From an uncultured Actinomycetes bacterium (lineage in GTDB: Bacteria; Actinomycetota; Acidimicrobiia; IMCC26256; DASPTH01), in the NCBI GenBank assembly GCA_963819735.1, contig CAWFXC010000005.1, positions 556,460-620,459 of the forward strand: DNA of 64,000 nt, read 5' to 3'. Shown one piece after another: positions 41,273 through 50,576 of this stretch. Positions within the stretch are counted from its first letter, which is position 1; the number at the start of each line of letters is the position of its first letter. The notes beneath the pieces are model-generated. The model did no database searches, had not been told where the DNA came from, and saw only the letters and a program-made list of their open reading frames with translations. The position numbers were made by a program, and so were the translations under genes.

Positions 41273-41299
41273 CTCGCCGACCGGGTGACGCCGGCGCCG

Positions 41300-42010
41300 T
41301 CAGGCCGTGGCCCAGATGAGCACTTCGCCGCCGTCGGCGCCGCCGGTGAGCGTCGGTGCGCCCGAGTCGGTGAGCCGCACGGCGTCGCCCGTCGCGAGGG
41401 GCGTGTCGTCGAGCGCGGCGCTTCCCGCGGCCACGAACACGTGCACGTGCGGAGTCTCCGGCACCGAGATCGACTCACCCGGCGACAGGCGAGCGACGTA
41501 GAGCGCGGCGTCACGCTGATGCAGGGTGACCGCGCCCTCATGGCCCTGCCCGGACGCGACGACCACCAGCCCGCCCTTCCCGAGCGCGTCGCTGAGGTCG
41601 CGTTGCTCGTAGCTCGGCGGGATCCCGTTGGTGTCGGGCAGCACCCACATCTGCACGAGATGCACGTCGGCGCTGGTGCTCGCATTCATCTCGGAGTGTT
41701 GGATCCCCGAGCCCGCGCTCATGCGTTGGGCGAGGCCCGGATAGATCACGTCGTCGGTGCCGATGCTGTCGCGGTGGCGCAGCTCGCCGTCGAGCACCCA
41801 GGTGACGATCTCCATGTTCTGGTGCGAGTGCGTGCCGAAGCCCCCGCCGGCGCGCACGATGTCGTCGTTGTTGACGAGCAGGAGTCCGTGGTGGGTGTTG
41901 GCGGCGTCGTAGTGGGGCCCGAAGCTGAAGCTGTGCCACGAATCGAGCCAGCCGAGCTCGGTGTGGGGGCGGGTGGCGGCCGGGCGCAGGTCGATGGTCA
42001 TACGCCGCAT
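41300..42010 (-). CDS. pirin family protein
   Basis: Cupin metal-binding motifs (GFGTHSHQNMEIVTWVLDGELRHRDS). Start is ATG at 42010 (MRRMTIDL...), with an alternative at 42001. The longer ORF reaching 42343 is unsupported. Confidence 0.85.
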   Translation of the reverse strand: MRRMTIDLRPAATRPHTELGWLDSWHSFSFGPHYDAANTHHGLLLVNNDDIVRAGGGFGTHSHQNMEIVTWVLDGELRHRDSIGTDDVIYPGLAQRMSAGSGIQHSEMNASTSADVHLVQMWVLPDTNGIPPSYEQRDLSDALGKGGLVVVASGQGHEGAVTLHQRDAALYVARLSPGESISVPETPHVHVFVAAGSAALDDTPLATGDAVRLTDSGAPTLTGGADGGEVLIWATA

Positions 42011-42101
42011 AATAGTTGCTCGCGCAAATAAAAGCGAGGGGGTGCGAAGGGTGTCCGGCACCGGCCCGGGGCGTCGCAGCCCGGTCTCTAGACTCCCCCC
42101 G

Positions 42102-42617
42102 ATGCCGCACGTGGTCACGCTCTGCACCGGGAACGCCGCCCGGTCCGTGATGGCGGGCGCGATCCTCGCCGAGCACGTTCCCACCTTGCTGGTCACCACC
42201 CGCGGGACCCACGTGATCGAGGGCATGCCGATGAGTTGGCGCACCCGCGACGCCATCGAGGGCCTGGGCGCCAGCGCCGACGGCCATCGCAGCCGGCAAC
42301 TGGGATCAGTCGACCTCGGCGGCGCCGACCTCGTCCTGGCCATGGCGCGCGAGCACGTCGCCTACGTGCGTCGCCGTCATCCCGAGGCGGCCGCCCGCAC
42401 CGGCACCCTCAAGCGCCTCGCCCGCGACCTGCCCGGCACCACGGGGACCCTCCCCGAGCGGATCGCCGCGCTGCACCTCGACGAAGTCGGGCTCGAGCCC
42501 TGGGAAGACGTCGAGGATCCCGCCGGGGGCGACGCCGCGGTGTTCCACGAGTGCGCGGCCGAGATCCACGAGCTGCTGGTGGTGCTCCGGCCGTTCCTCG
42601 AAGAGGTCATTGCGTGA
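42102..42617 (+). CDS. low-molecular-weight protein-tyrosine-phosphatase / arsenate reductase (LMWP) family protein
   Basis: P-loop VTLCTGNAARSVMAGA (CxGNxxRS). Length is 171 aa. Its stop overlaps the downstream substrate-binding protein start as GTGA. Confidence 0.8.
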   Translation: MPHVVTLCTGNAARSVMAGAILAEHVPTLLVTTRGTHVIEGMPMSWRTRDAIEGLGASADGHRSRQLGSVDLGGADLVLAMAREHVAYVRRRHPEAAARTGTLKRLARDLPGTTGTLPERIAALHLDEVGLEPWEDVEDPAGGDAAVFHECAAEIHELLVVLRPFLEEVIA

Positions 42618-43849
42618 CCCTGCGGTTGCTCGCCGCGACCGGTGTGGTCGCGGCGTTACTGGCCGCGTCCGTCGGCATCACGAGCGGCGCGGGCGCCCGG
42701 GCCGAGCCGGCGAAGGCGAAAGTGAAGGGCCCGCGCGGCATCACCGCGACGACGATCCGAGTCAGCGGTCTCGGCGACGCGCTGCTGTACGGCGGCGCCG
42801 ACATCGGCGCCCGAGCGCGGTTCCAGCGGGCGAACGCCGACGGCGGTGTCAACGGTCGCACGATCGACTACGTCGGCTTCCGCGACGACGGCGGCGACCC
42901 CGCGTCCGACACCGCCGCCGCCGCCGCGTTGGCGCGCCCCGGTGGAGTCTTCGCCGTGGTGCCCACCGTCGCCCCCGACCTCGCCGGTGCCTCGGTGTTG
43001 GTGAAGCGGCAGGTGCCGTACTTCGGCTGGGCGCTGTCGTCGAACTTCTGCGGCACTGCCCTCGGCTTCGGGTTCACCGGCTGCCAGGCCTCGAGTGGCA
43101 GTACGAGCAACGTGTGGGGACTGCTCGTCCGCCAGGCGTTCGGCCCGGGTCCGCAGTCGACGGGCAAGACCGCGGCGATCCTCACCGAGAGCACGCCGTC
43201 GGGGGAGTACGAGCTGCGAGCGCTGAAAGCCGGGTTGGCGTCGGCCCGCCTCACCGTCGTCTCCGGCGCCAGCTCACTGCCGGTGCCGGCGATCGCCGAC
43301 TACTCCGGCATCGTGGGCGGCGTGCTCACCAGCGCCGGCGGCCACCAGCCCGACTCGGTGTTCGTGGTGGGCTCAGCCTCCAGCGTGCTCGGGGTGCAAC
43401 AGGCATTGCGCGCCGCGAGCTACGTCGGGGTCTTCACCAACGTCCTGGAGTACGACCCGAACCTGGTCGCGCCGGCCGGCGGCGCGTTCGTCGCCATCCA
43501 GACGGCCGCCACCGAGACCGCGCCGCAGAACCCCGCGATGCAGCAGTTGATCACCGACGTCCAGAAGGTGGCCCCCGATCAGCCGATCGACCAGGCCGTC
43601 GTCGCCGGGTACTTCTCCGCCGACCTGTTCCTCGACGCAGTGAGGAAGGCAGGCAAGCACCTGACCGCGGCCGGCCTGGTGCAGGTGGCGAATCGGATCA
43701 CCTACCGCGTCGCGAACACGGTTGGCCCGACGACGTTCCCGGCCGCGCACGATCAACCAACACCGTGCGGCTCGTTGGTTGCGAGCAACGGCGTCGCGTT
43801 CACCGTGCCCGTGCCGTACATGTGCGGCAAAGTCGTTGCGGTCAAGTAG
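42614..43849 (+). CDS. ABC transporter substrate-binding protein, Leu/Ile/Val-type (PBP1), paralog 1
   Basis: GTG at 42614. Signal peptide VTLRLLAATGVVAALLAASVGITSGAGA. PBP1-like fold. Confidence 0.8.
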   Translation: MTLRLLAATGVVAALLAASVGITSGAGARAEPAKAKVKGPRGITATTIRVSGLGDALLYGGADIGARARFQRANADGGVNGRTIDYVGFRDDGGDPASDTAAAAALARPGGVFAVVPTVAPDLAGASVLVKRQVPYFGWALSSNFCGTALGFGFTGCQASSGSTSNVWGLLVRQAFGPGPQSTGKTAAILTESTPSGEYELRALKAGLASARLTVVSGASSLPVPAIADYSGIVGGVLTSAGGHQPDSVFVVGSASSVLGVQQALRAASYVGVFTNVLEYDPNLVAPAGGAFVAIQTAATETAPQNPAMQQLITDVQKVAPDQPIDQAVVAGYFSADLFLDAVRKAGKHLTAAGLVQVANRITYRVANTVGPTTFPAAHDQPTPCGSLVASNGVAFTVPVPYMCGKVVAVK

Positions 43850-45107
43850 CCGGCGACGCGGGCGGTTCACCGCGGTCGCGCTGTTGGTGGCGGCACTCGT
43901 TCTCTGCGCCGACACCGCGGCGAGCGCAGAGCACGCGACGCGCGCGGCGACCGCACCCGTCGCCGCCACCGGGATCACCGCCCGCACGGTGACGGTCGGC
44001 GGCCTGCTCGGAGCCGACGCGTCAGCCTCCGGCGCCGACGTCGGCGCCCAGGCCCGCTTCCGGCGGGCCAACGCCCACGGCGGCGTGGCCGGCCGGACCA
44101 TCGTGTACGCCGGTACCGAGCACGACGCCGGCGACCCCGCGCCGGACGCGGCGGCGGTGGAGAAGCTCCGCGCCGAGGTGTTCGCGGTGGTGCCCGCGGT
44201 TGGCAGCACGGTCGACACCGCCGCGCTGGCTGCCGCGCAACTCCCGTTCTTCGGCGCCTCCGCGACACCCGGCTGGGACGCCAACCGCTTCGGGTTCGGG
44301 TTCGCCGGCGCGCAGGCCGTGCGACAGACCCGCGTCGTCAGCCCGGCGTGGGGAGTGCAACTCCGCGCGCTGCTGGGCTCAGCCAGGGGCACCCGGGTCG
44401 CCCTCGCGACCGACGACGATGCGCTCGGAGCGTCGCGCGCCGCGCAGACCCGCGTGTCGTTGCGCGCCGCCGGGTTCACGGTGGCGGCGCCGGTGACCCT
44501 CCCGACGCCGCCCGCCCCGTTGCCCGACCTCGCGCCGATCGCCGCCGGGCTCGTGGCCGCGTCACCCGTCGCCGTGGTCCTGCTCACCTCGTCGGCGACC
44601 ACGGCCGGCATCGCCGGACAACTCGCGGCCCGCAGCTACGCGGGCACGGTGGCAACGACGGAGACGTTCTACCAACCCACGCTCCCCGCACTGGCGAACG
44701 GGCTCACCGTGCTCGTGCCGTACGCGCCGTTCGAGCAGGCGACGGCCGCGAACCGGCGCCTGGCCGCCGACGTGAAGGCCTTCGCCCCCGGTACGCCGCT
44801 CACGCCCGGCGTGGCCGCGGGGTACTGGGCCGCCGATCTCTTCGTCGCCGCGCTCACCCGGACCGGCCGACGCCTCACGCCGGCCCGCTTCCTCGCCCTC
44901 GCGAACCGGGGCACGTTCTCGCACTCGGCGCCAGAGACCGTCGGGCCGTCGACGTGGCCCGCGATGCACACGCAGGCGGTGCCGTGTGGCGCCCTCGTGC
45001 AGAGCGACGGCTCGCGCTACTTCGTGGCCGAGCCGTACCGCTGCGGCGCGCCGATCGTGGCGAAGCCGGCCGCCCAGTCGAAGGCGAAGTCGCCGTCGTC
45101 GACCTGA
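43836..45107 (+). CDS. ABC transporter substrate-binding protein, Leu/Ile/Val-type (PBP1), paralog 2
   Basis: In-frame TTG at 43836 gives MRSSSRRRGRFTAVALLVAALVLCADTAASA, a signal peptide. The mature region parallels paralog 1. It overlaps the upstream gene by 14 bp. Confidence 0.7.
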   Translation: MRSSSRRRGRFTAVALLVAALVLCADTAASAEHATRAATAPVAATGITARTVTVGGLLGADASASGADVGAQARFRRANAHGGVAGRTIVYAGTEHDAGDPAPDAAAVEKLRAEVFAVVPAVGSTVDTAALAAAQLPFFGASATPGWDANRFGFGFAGAQAVRQTRVVSPAWGVQLRALLGSARGTRVALATDDDALGASRAAQTRVSLRAAGFTVAAPVTLPTPPAPLPDLAPIAAGLVAASPVAVVLLTSSATTAGIAGQLAARSYAGTVATTETFYQPTLPALANGLTVLVPYAPFEQATAANRRLAADVKAFAPGTPLTPGVAAGYWAADLFVAALTRTGRRLTPARFLALANRGTFSHSAPETVGPSTWPAMHTQAVPCGALVQSDGSRYFVAEPYRCGAPIVAKPAAQSKAKSPSST

Positions 45108-45117
45108 CCGACCGCAG

Positions 45118-45357
45118 TTACTCGCTGTCGGCGGAGTCGCCGTCCTCGAGCCGGAACCCGACCTTCATGGTCACCTGGTAGAACGCGATCGCCCCGTCGT
45201 TCATGGCGCCGCGGATGTCGGTGACCTCGAACCAATCGAGGTTGCGGAGGGTCTTGGCCGCCCGGCCGATCCCGTTCTTGACCGCGTCGTCGATGGTGTG
45301 CTCCGACGACCCGACGATCTCGGTGACCTTGTAGGTGTGCTCCACGCGACGCTCCAT
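45118..45357 (-). CDS. dodecin family protein
   Basis: The 79-aa product MERRVEHTYKVTEIVGSSEHTIDDAVKNGIGRAAKTLRNLDWFEVTDIRGAMNDGAIAFYQVTMKVGFRLE matches the dodecin flavin-binding fold. Confidence 0.85.
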   Translation of the reverse strand: MERRVEHTYKVTEIVGSSEHTIDDAVKNGIGRAAKTLRNLDWFEVTDIRGAMNDGAIAFYQVTMKVGFRLEDGDSADSE

Positions 45358-45390
45358 CCTGCTCGGGCGCCGAACGATAGCGTCGGCTCC

Positions 45391-46539
45391 ATGACCGTCG
45401 CCATCGAACCTTTCCGCATCGACATCCCTGAGGCCGCGCTCGTCGACCTGCGCGAACGACTCGCCCGCGTCCGCCTCTCCGACCAGTTGCCCGACGCCGG
45501 GTGGGACTACGGGACCGAGCGCGGCTACCTCGAGGAGTTCGTCACCTACTGGCGCGACGAGTACGACTGGCGACGCGCCGAAGCGCAGTTGAACGGGTTC
45601 GAGCACTTCCTCACCGAGGTCGACGGCACGCGCGTCCACTTCATCCACGCCCGCTCACCCGAGCCCGATGCGTTCCCGCTCGTGATCACGCACGGCTGGC
45701 CCGGCTCGATCGTGGAGTTCCTCGAGATCATCAGGCCGTTGTCCGACCCGCGCGCGCACGGTGGTGATCCCGCCGACGCGTTCCACGTGGTGTGCCCGTC
45801 GATCCCGGGGTACGCGTTCTCCGGGCCCACCCGCGAACGGGGTTGGGGCCCGCGTCGGATCGCCGAGGCGTGGGCGCAGCTGATGGCCGGCCTCGGCTAC
45901 GAGCGCTACGGCGCCCAGGGCGGCGACTGGGGCTCGATGATCTCCACCCAACTCGGCCTTGCCGATCCCGCGCACGTCGCCGGGATCCACCTCAACATGA
46001 TCGTGGCGCCCCCGCCGGCCGACCTCGATGTCACCAACCTCCGGGAGGACGAGCAGGCGGCCCTCGCCTCGTTCGACTACTACGCGCGCGTCGACTCGGG
46101 GTACTCGAAGATCCAGGGCACCAAGCCGCAGACCATCGGCTACGCCCTCGACGACTCCCCGGCCGGGCTGGCGGCCTGGATCGTCGAGAAGTTCCGCACC
46201 TGGAGCGACTGCGACGGCGACGTCGAACGCCGCTTCACCAAGGACCAGCTCCTCGACAACATCATGCTCTACTGGCTCACCGCCACCGCCCACTCCGCCG
46301 GTCGCCTCTACTACGAGGCCGAACAGACCGCCGGCTTCGTCCCCGATGAGCGGGTGGAGGTGCCGGTAGGCGTGGCCGCGTTCCCGCACGAGATCATCCG
46401 CTCGCCCCGCCACTGGGCGGAGTCGCGGTACGACATCGTGCGGTGGACGGAAATGCCTCGCGGAGGGCATTTCGCCGCCTTCGAGGAGGGTGGCCTCCTG
46501 GTCGACGACGTGCGGGCGTTCTTTTCAGCGCTGCGGTAG
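45391..46539 (+). CDS. epoxide hydrolase (microsomal-type N-terminal domain plus alpha/beta-hydrolase core)
   Basis: The N-terminal EH domain (FRIDIPEAALVDLRERLARVRLSDQLPDAGWDYG) and HGWPGS oxyanion motif are present. The catalytic nucleophile region GGDWG and the C-terminal His (GGHFAAFE) are present. Length is 382 aa. Confidence 0.9.
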   Translation: MTVAIEPFRIDIPEAALVDLRERLARVRLSDQLPDAGWDYGTERGYLEEFVTYWRDEYDWRRAEAQLNGFEHFLTEVDGTRVHFIHARSPEPDAFPLVITHGWPGSIVEFLEIIRPLSDPRAHGGDPADAFHVVCPSIPGYAFSGPTRERGWGPRRIAEAWAQLMAGLGYERYGAQGGDWGSMISTQLGLADPAHVAGIHLNMIVAPPPADLDVTNLREDEQAALASFDYYARVDSGYSKIQGTKPQTIGYALDDSPAGLAAWIVEKFRTWSDCDGDVERRFTKDQLLDNIMLYWLTATAHSAGRLYYEAEQTAGFVPDERVEVPVGVAAFPHEIIRSPRHWAESRYDIVRWTEMPRGGHFAAFEEGGLLVDDVRAFFSALR

Positions 46540-46599
46540 ACCGCTACTCTGTGACGCCTCCGGGGCCCTGAATCGGGCACCCCAACACCCAGAGTGGTT

Positions 46600-46626
46600 A
46601 AATTTCGGCTCCCTACCCCGAAATTT
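46600..46626. promoter_or_regulatory. perfect AT-rich palindrome AAATTTCGG-N9-CCGAAATTT upstream of the LAXTG protein gene (candidate operator)
   Basis: The palindrome is read directly from the sequence. AT-rich 9-bp arms are conspicuous in a roughly 70% GC genome. It lies about 120 bp upstream of the proposed start at 46744. Confidence 0.3.
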
Positions 46627-46743
46627 GCAGTTTCCGGTTGGAGTTGACCGCGAAGTGTGGCAGGATGTACCGCAGAGAGTGGTGACGGCTGCGGGAAGTG
46701 GTCGCCAGAAGCGGTCGAAGAGCGGAAGCCAGGAGGCAGAGCC

Positions 46744-47274
46744 GTGCGTAGGTCCATCCGGATGCTCATGATGAGTGCAGTGGTCGTCGGAACACTCGGC
46801 GCGTTCGTCGGTGGTTCGGCGGTCGCCGCCAGTGCCCAGACGACGGGCGACACCGCAGGACAGTGTGTGGTCCTGTCGCCGGCGCCGCCGTTGCCGGCGG
46901 GTGCCGTTCAGGTCAAGGGCACCGCGCCCATCGGCTCGACGGTGCAGTTCTTCGACGCCGCCGGTACCGCCGGGCCCACCGCGGTCACCGACGGTTCTGG
47001 GAACTTCTTGATCAACGTCACCAACTCGCCCGGCCAGTACAGCGTGAACTTCACGCTCCAGGAAGGCAACGGCTACGCCAGCGGCTGTGTCGACCCTGCG
47101 GCCGACGTCGTGGTGAAGCCGGTCAGCGTGACCACGCCGGCGGCCACCGCTGCGGCCCTGGCCTTCACCGGTTCCTCGGAGACGTCCACCTACGTGCTCG
47201 TGGGTCTGGCGGCCCTGGTGCTCGGCACCGTGCTCATCGTGGCGGCCCGCCGACGCTCACACGTCACCTCGTAG
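46744..47274 (+). CDS. LAXTG-anchored cell-surface protein (class E sortase substrate)
   Basis: GTG at 46744 is preceded by AGGAGG. There is a signal peptide. The C-terminus is LAFTGSSETSTYVLVGLAALVLGTVLIVAARRRS: LAxTG motif, hydrophobic stretch, basic tail. Confidence 0.65.
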   Translation: MRRSIRMLMMSAVVVGTLGAFVGGSAVAASAQTTGDTAGQCVVLSPAPPLPAGAVQVKGTAPIGSTVQFFDAAGTAGPTAVTDGSGNFLINVTNSPGQYSVNFTLQEGNGYASGCVDPAADVVVKPVSVTTPAATAAALAFTGSSETSTYVLVGLAALVLGTVLIVAARRRSHVTS

Positions 47275-47298
47275 CGCTCCCGCCTCGTACTTCGGCAC

Positions 47299-47341
47299 GG
47301 GCCCGCACCGACCTCCGCACGGGAGGCGGTGCGGGCCTTGT
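47299..47341 (+). terminator. GC-rich stem-loop (11-bp perfect stem ggcccgcaccg/cggtgcgggcc) followed by TTGT
   Basis: Lies 25 bp after the LAXTG gene stop. The inner loop also self-pairs (cctcc...ggagg). Confidence 0.4.
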
Positions 47342-47449
47342 CGCGTCCCGGCCCTTGCGCGAATTCGGGCGCGCGGCGCTCCCGGGTGCGAGGATGCCGA
47401 GCGCGACACGGGGGAGTTAGCATCGGCCCCCTCACTACTTGGAGGCACA

Positions 47450-47650
47450 ATGGCCTGGAAGGTCGTGGTCGATTTCGACCTCTGCGAGAGCAACGCCATC
47501 TGCATGGGGATCGTCCCGGAAGTGTTCGAGGTCCGCGACGACAACTTCCTGTACGTCCTGCAGGAGAACCCGCCGGACGACCTGCGCGAGAAGGTGGACC
47601 AGGCCGTCCGCCAGTGTCCGAAGCAGGCCATCAGCATCGACGAGAGCTGA
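47450..47650 (+). CDS. ferredoxin (single-cluster, P450-partner type)
   Basis: The 66-aa product is MAWKVVVDFDLCESNAICMGIVPEVFEV...QCPKQAISI. The C-x(5)-C...C-P pattern is typical of 3Fe-4S ferredoxins. GGAGG SD lies 8 nt upstream. Confidence 0.85.
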   Translation: MAWKVVVDFDLCESNAICMGIVPEVFEVRDDNFLYVLQENPPDDLREKVDQAVRQCPKQAISIDES

Positions 47651-47657
47651 GTTCGCC

Positions 47658-47685
47658 GACGTCCCGCTAGCGAGGGCGGGACGTC
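47658..47685 (+). terminator. perfect 10-bp stem hairpin gacgtcccgc-tagcgagg-gcgggacgtc after the ferredoxin gene
   Basis: Lies 8 bp after the ferredoxin stop. There is no U-tract, so it may be a Rho-dependent or stabilising hairpin. Confidence 0.3.
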
Positions 47686-47743
47686 TCGCGTCCGGGCGCA
47701 CTCGCGCCGGTCGCGCGCGGAAGCGTGGCTACGGTGCTGACGC

Positions 47744-48856
47744 ATGACCTTGCCCCGGGCCGACGGGCGTCCGACGCGGCGCCGGCGCCGGCGGGCGGTC
47801 GTGATCGGTGCGGTAATCGCGGTGCTCGTGGTCGCGGGCACCGTGGTGGCGTTCGCCCGCACCGACGGTGACGGCGGATCCGACGCCCACCGGGCCGCCG
47901 CCGCGCCCTTGCCCTCGTCGACGACGCGCACCACGCCCACCACGAGCCTCGCGCCGCCGACGACCGCCGCGCCCACGACCACCGCGCCGGTCGACATCGA
48001 CCGCGTCTACGCGGTCGGCACCCGGACGCTCACGTTCGTCGATCCGTCGCGTCCGACGTCGGCCAACGGCGACTTCGGCGGTGCGCCCACCCGCACCGTG
48101 CCCACCGAGTTCTGGTATCCCGCCGAGGGCGCGGGCGGCGGGAGCCCCCAGGCCGACGCCGCCCCCGATCGGGCGCACGGTCCGTATCCATTGGTGGTGT
48201 TCTCGCACGGCTACAACGTCACCCCCGACTTCTACGCGCCGTTGCTCGAGCGGTGGGCGGCCGCCGGTTTCGTGGTGGCGGCGCCGGTGTACCCGATCCT
48301 GAGCGGCTCGCCGGGGGGCGCCAGCCACGTCGACTACGAGCAGACGTTCGCCGACACGTCGTTCGTGATCACCCAGGTGGAGGGGCTCGGGAGCGGGGAG
48401 CTGCTCGCCGGGATCGTCGACCCGAACCGGGTCGCCGCCGCCGGCCACTCCGACGGCGAGGTCATCTCGTTCGGCGTCGGCTTCCTCGAGTGCTGTCGGG
48501 ACCCGAGGGTGAAGTCGGTGATCGCGATGGCGGGCGATCTCGCCAACGCCAACAACCCGAGCGTGCGCGACACCGGCACCCCGATCCTGCACATCATGGA
48601 GACCAACGACGAGTACGACCCGTACCCGGCGTCGATCGCGTGGGACCGCGAGAACCTGACCGCGCCCCGGTGGATGCTGACGCTGTTCTCCAGCCACGTG
48701 CCGCCGTACACCCAGCCGGGGGTGCCCGCGTTCGAGCTGGTGAGCAAGGTGACGATCGACTACCTCGACGGCACCCTCCTCGGCCGCACCGATCGCCTCG
48801 ATCGCGTGACCGCCGACGTCGCCGCCGTCCCCGACGTCGGCACCCTCGAACGCTGA
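47744..48856 (+). CDS. membrane-anchored alpha/beta hydrolase (PAF-acetylhydrolase/lipase-like)
   Basis: N-terminal TM, Thr/Pro-rich linker, then the hydrolase core with a GHSDG nucleophile elbow (GxSxG). Confidence 0.75.
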   Translation: MTLPRADGRPTRRRRRRAVVIGAVIAVLVVAGTVVAFARTDGDGGSDAHRAAAAPLPSSTTRTTPTTSLAPPTTAAPTTTAPVDIDRVYAVGTRTLTFVDPSRPTSANGDFGGAPTRTVPTEFWYPAEGAGGGSPQADAAPDRAHGPYPLVVFSHGYNVTPDFYAPLLERWAAAGFVVAAPVYPILSGSPGGASHVDYEQTFADTSFVITQVEGLGSGELLAGIVDPNRVAAAGHSDGEVISFGVGFLECCRDPRVKSVIAMAGDLANANNPSVRDTGTPILHIMETNDEYDPYPASIAWDRENLTAPRWMLTLFSSHVPPYTQPGVPAFELVSKVTIDYLDGTLLGRTDRLDRVTADVAAVPDVGTLER

Positions 48857-48882
48857 CCCGCACACCCCTTCTCACGAACGTG

Positions 48883-48928
48883 CGTCGCACGAGGCCCCTA
48901 TACGGCCTCTGCCGACGCTGGTTCGGTG
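48883..48928. repeat. about 45-bp palindromic element, copy A (cgtcgcacgaggcccctatacggcctctgccgacgctggttcggtg)
   Basis: Forms a hairpin (gaggcc/ggcctc stem, outer cgtcg/cgacg). Lies between the convergent stops of the alpha/beta hydrolase and ACS1. A near-identical inverted copy is at 53400-53445. Confidence 0.6.
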
Positions 48929-48940
48929 GTGAGTGCAGTA

Positions 48941-50368
48941 CTAGTCGGCGAGGTCGGTGCGGACCTGGCGGCGGAGGATCTTGCCCGTCGCGGTCTGCGG
49001 GATCTCGTCGCACACCACGATGAGCTCGGGTGTCTTGAGCGAGCCGAGGCGTTCACGCACCCACTCGCGCACGTGGTCGAGGTCGACCTCGTCGACGCCC
49101 GGTCGCAGCGAGATCATGGCCGCGATGCGCTCGCCGTACTGCTCGTCGTCGAGACCGACGACCGCGGCCGACGAGATGGCGTCGTGCTGCAGGAGCGCGT
49201 CCTCGATCTCGGCCGGCGCGATGTTCTCCCCGCCCCGGATGATGGTGTCGTCGGCGCGACCCGCGCAGAAGAGGTAGCCCTCGACGTCGAGCCACCCGCG
49301 GTCGCCGGTGTGGAGCCAGCCGTCGACATCGGTCTTGGAATCGGTGCCGACGTATCTGCCGCTCACCTGGTCGCCGCGGATCTGGATCTCGCCGGGCAGG
49401 TCGGGACCCACGGCGGTGCCGACGTCGTCGACGATGCGGATCTCGATGCCGGGCACGGCCTGACCGACCGACGACAGCCGGGCCTTGAAGAGCGGCTCGT
49501 CGCTGTAGAGCGCGAGGCGGTGGTCGTCGGGCCCGAGGATCGCGACGGTGCTGCTGGTTTCGGTGAGGCCGTACGCATTGACGAAGTCGACCTCGGGGAA
49601 CAGGTGCAACGCACGCTCGAGGATCGGCGCGGGCATTCGGGACCCGCCGTAGGACAACGCGCGCAGGCTCGGGACCCGCAGCTCCGGGTTCGCCTCCATG
49701 GCCTCGACGATCTTCCCCAACATCGTCGGCACGAGCATGGCGTGCGTGATGGCCTCGTCGCGTGCGATGACCAGCCAGTCTTCGGCCGAGAACCGCACCC
49801 CGGGTACCGGCACGATGCGCCGCCCGACGTAGGTGTTGCTCAGCACCGCGGCGACGCCGGCCACGTGGAACGGCGGCACGATCACGATGGCCGCTTCGTC
49901 GTCGCCGGCAGAGGCGAACTCGAGCGTGTTGAACACGTAGGCCAGGAGCTGGTCGTGCTCGAGGACGGCCGCCTTCGGCTCGGCCGACGTACCGCTGGTG
50001 AACAGCAGCACCGCGGGGTGGCTGGGGGAGTCGGGGAAGGCCCGGCCGCTCGGCTCCTTGCTCTCGAGCCAGTTCGGACCGGCGACGAGCGCGGGCTCGA
50101 TGCGGGCGACGAGCGCGTCGAGCGCGGGCTCGGGCAGGCGGTAGTTGAGCGGGGCGTAGCTCACTCCGGCCCACGCGGCCCCGAACAACGTCGCCGGCAC
50201 GATGGGTCCGTTGGGCTCCATGAGCGCGAGGCGCTCGGCGCCCGAGCCCTCGACCCGATCGGCGACGGCCCGCGCCGCGGTGCGCAGGGCGTCGTACGAG
50301 AGGCCGTCGGCGCGGGTGCCGAACGCGATGCGGTCGCCCAGGGCGTCGGCCGCCATCTCGAGGATCAT
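48941..50368 (-). CDS. acyl-CoA synthetase (AMP-binding, FadD-like); frame open upstream to 50572 through a zinc-ribbon-like extension
   Basis: MILEMAADALGDRIAFG... carries the AMP-binding motif LLFTSGTSAEPKAA, YGLTETS, and a C-terminal GWLHTGD...GRADD...TATGKILR. No stop separates it from the upstream MANQMGKRYVCGTCEATVLVTKAGDGA... segment. Confidence 0.8.
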   Translation of the reverse strand: MILEMAADALGDRIAFGTRADGLSYDALRTAARAVADRVEGSGAERLALMEPNGPIVPATLFGAAWAGVSYAPLNYRLPEPALDALVARIEPALVAGPNWLESKEPSGRAFPDSPSHPAVLLFTSGTSAEPKAAVLEHDQLLAYVFNTLEFASAGDDEAAIVIVPPFHVAGVAAVLSNTYVGRRIVPVPGVRFSAEDWLVIARDEAITHAMLVPTMLGKIVEAMEANPELRVPSLRALSYGGSRMPAPILERALHLFPEVDFVNAYGLTETSSTVAILGPDDHRLALYSDEPLFKARLSSVGQAVPGIEIRIVDDVGTAVGPDLPGEIQIRGDQVSGRYVGTDSKTDVDGWLHTGDRGWLDVEGYLFCAGRADDTIIRGGENIAPAEIEDALLQHDAISSAAVVGLDDEQYGERIAAMISLRPGVDEVDLDHVREWVRERLGSLKTPELIVVCDEIPQTATGKILRRQVRTDLAD

Positions 50369-50576
50369 GGCGATGTTCACTCGGCGCCCCCCTGAGCGAG
50401 GTCGAACGGCGGTTGGTGGGCGGCGGGTCAGTCGGAGGAGGGGAGCGGCTTGGCCTGGGCGATCTCCATCGCCTGACCGTGACACGTCGAGCGCGCCGTC
50501 GCCGGCCTTGGTGACCAGCACCGTCGCTTCGCACGTGCCACACACGTAGCGCTTGCCCATCTGGTTCGCCATGTTC

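Noticed and set aside
40574-42031. 485-aa plus-strand ORF across the DUF429 and pirin genes
   Set aside because: Antisense artefact. Both minus-strand genes have clear family motifs and the plus-strand product is Arg/Gly/Val-rich.
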